Origin: a virus
Direction: 5' to 3' (one strand)
DNA: 64,000 nt
IMG/VR virus record: IMGVR_UViG_3300045988_156843
A program made the position numbers and the translations under genes. Under the pieces are notes generated by a model. That model worked only from the letters and a program-made list of their open reading frames with translations. It ran no database searches and was not told where the DNA came from. This document shows, one piece after another, positions 63,450-64,000 of this stretch (its first letter is position 1; the number at the start of each line of letters is the position of its first letter).

Positions 63450-63830
63450 ATGGAAAAAGAAGAAAAAGTACTCACAAGAGTAGAAAAAGTTGAAATGAAA
63501 TTAGAAGAGCTTGCACAGCTCTTAGGTTCTGATTATCCGGCAATGATTGTAGTACCTGTAAATGAAGGTGCTTTTTCTATTGTAAATTTAGGGGATGAGG
63601 AAGAAAATGAATTATTGAAATCTGTAGTAAATGTAGGTATGTCACTAACTCACCAAGCTATAAATATGAAAAATACATTTATTGCATCTAGTGCCTATTT
63701 CTCATCTATGGATCATGGATTTGCTATAAAACTAACTTCTTCTATGATGAATGTAGCCGCAAAGAAAGCTGCAGAGCGATCAATTAATGAAGAAGATAAA
63801 GAAATAGAAGTTAATACAGAAATAAATTAA
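63450..63830 (+). CDS. hypothetical protein
   Basis: 126-aa ORF. Confidence 0.5.
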   Translation: MEKEEKVLTRVEKVEMKLEELAQLLGSDYPAMIVVPVNEGAFSIVNLGDEEENELLKSVVNVGMSLTHQAINMKNTFIASSAYFSSMDHGFAIKLTSSMMNVAAKKAAERSINEEDKEIEVNTEIN

Positions 63831-63834
63831 TATT

Positions 63835-64000
63835 ATGGGAATGCATAATTGGTTTGAGGCTTCCATCAAATATGAAAAAATGATGGAAAATGGCAAAGAG
63901 AAAAAAGTAACAGAGCGTTATTTAATAGATGCTTTAAGTTGTACAGAAGCAGAAGCACGTATTATCGAGGAGATGACTCCATTTATAACAGGAGAATTTA
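63835..64000 (+). CDS. DUF4494-like protein, 5' part (runs off the window)
   Basis: MGMHNWFEASIKYEKMMENGKEKKVTERYLIDALSCTEAEARIIEEMTPFITGEF matches the Bacteroidota DUF4494 pattern as I recall it. Confidence 0.55.
   Translation, partial: MGMHNWFEASIKYEKMMENGKEKKVTERYLIDALSCTEAEARIIEEMTPFITGEF

Noticed and set aside
1-64000. Alternative genetic code (TAG or TGA reassignment), as seen in some gut phages.
   Set aside because: Genes of 1273 and 1655 codons, and all the motif-bearing genes, are uninterrupted in the standard code. The single in-frame TAG noted near 56890 also needs a frameshift, so it fits gene decay better.

Overview
This window is an AT-rich, densely coding tailed dsDNA phage or prophage segment. 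The host is probably a Bacteroidota member, because Bacteroides-type -7 boxes (TAnnTTTG) recur in front of operons and DUF4494/DUF3310-like genes are present. Standard genetic code; I saw no rRNA, tRNA or CRISPR. Layout: (i) 1-5587, minus strand, head and tail-tube module (scaffold, capsid, connector-size proteins, tube). (ii) 5752-28819, plus strand, packaging and host-recognition module (TerL, portal, several very large fibre/baseplate proteins, a DGR). (iii) 28853-45246, minus strand, replication/early arm (AEP primase-helicase, initiator with in-gene direct repeats, beta-clamp-like protein, C5 methyltransferase, many small genes). (iv) 45.25-49.08 kb, ORF-poor control region with promoter/terminator mini-units, a Cys-rich repeat protein and TATATAC repeats. 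(v) 49078-64000, plus strand, arm of small genes plus a small serine recombinase and a Rad50/SbcC-like ATPase. Main hunt results: (1) A complete diversity-generating retroelement (VR 13593-13705, TR 13848-13960, RT 14105-15478) with strictly adenine-specific VR/TR differences. No Avd-size gene lies between VR and TR, and the RT carries a C-terminal extension of about 125 aa. (2) A perfect 72-bp inverted repeat pair (25235-25306 / 25790-25861) brackets two back-to-back alternative C-terminal tips of the 1655-aa tail fibre, which looks like an in-frame invertible host-range switch. The only recombinase in the window lies 27 kb away. (3) A 166-bp, 100% identical long-range inverted repeat sits inside paralogous genes of the two divergent early arms. 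All family assignments rest on motifs read by eye. No database search was possible.
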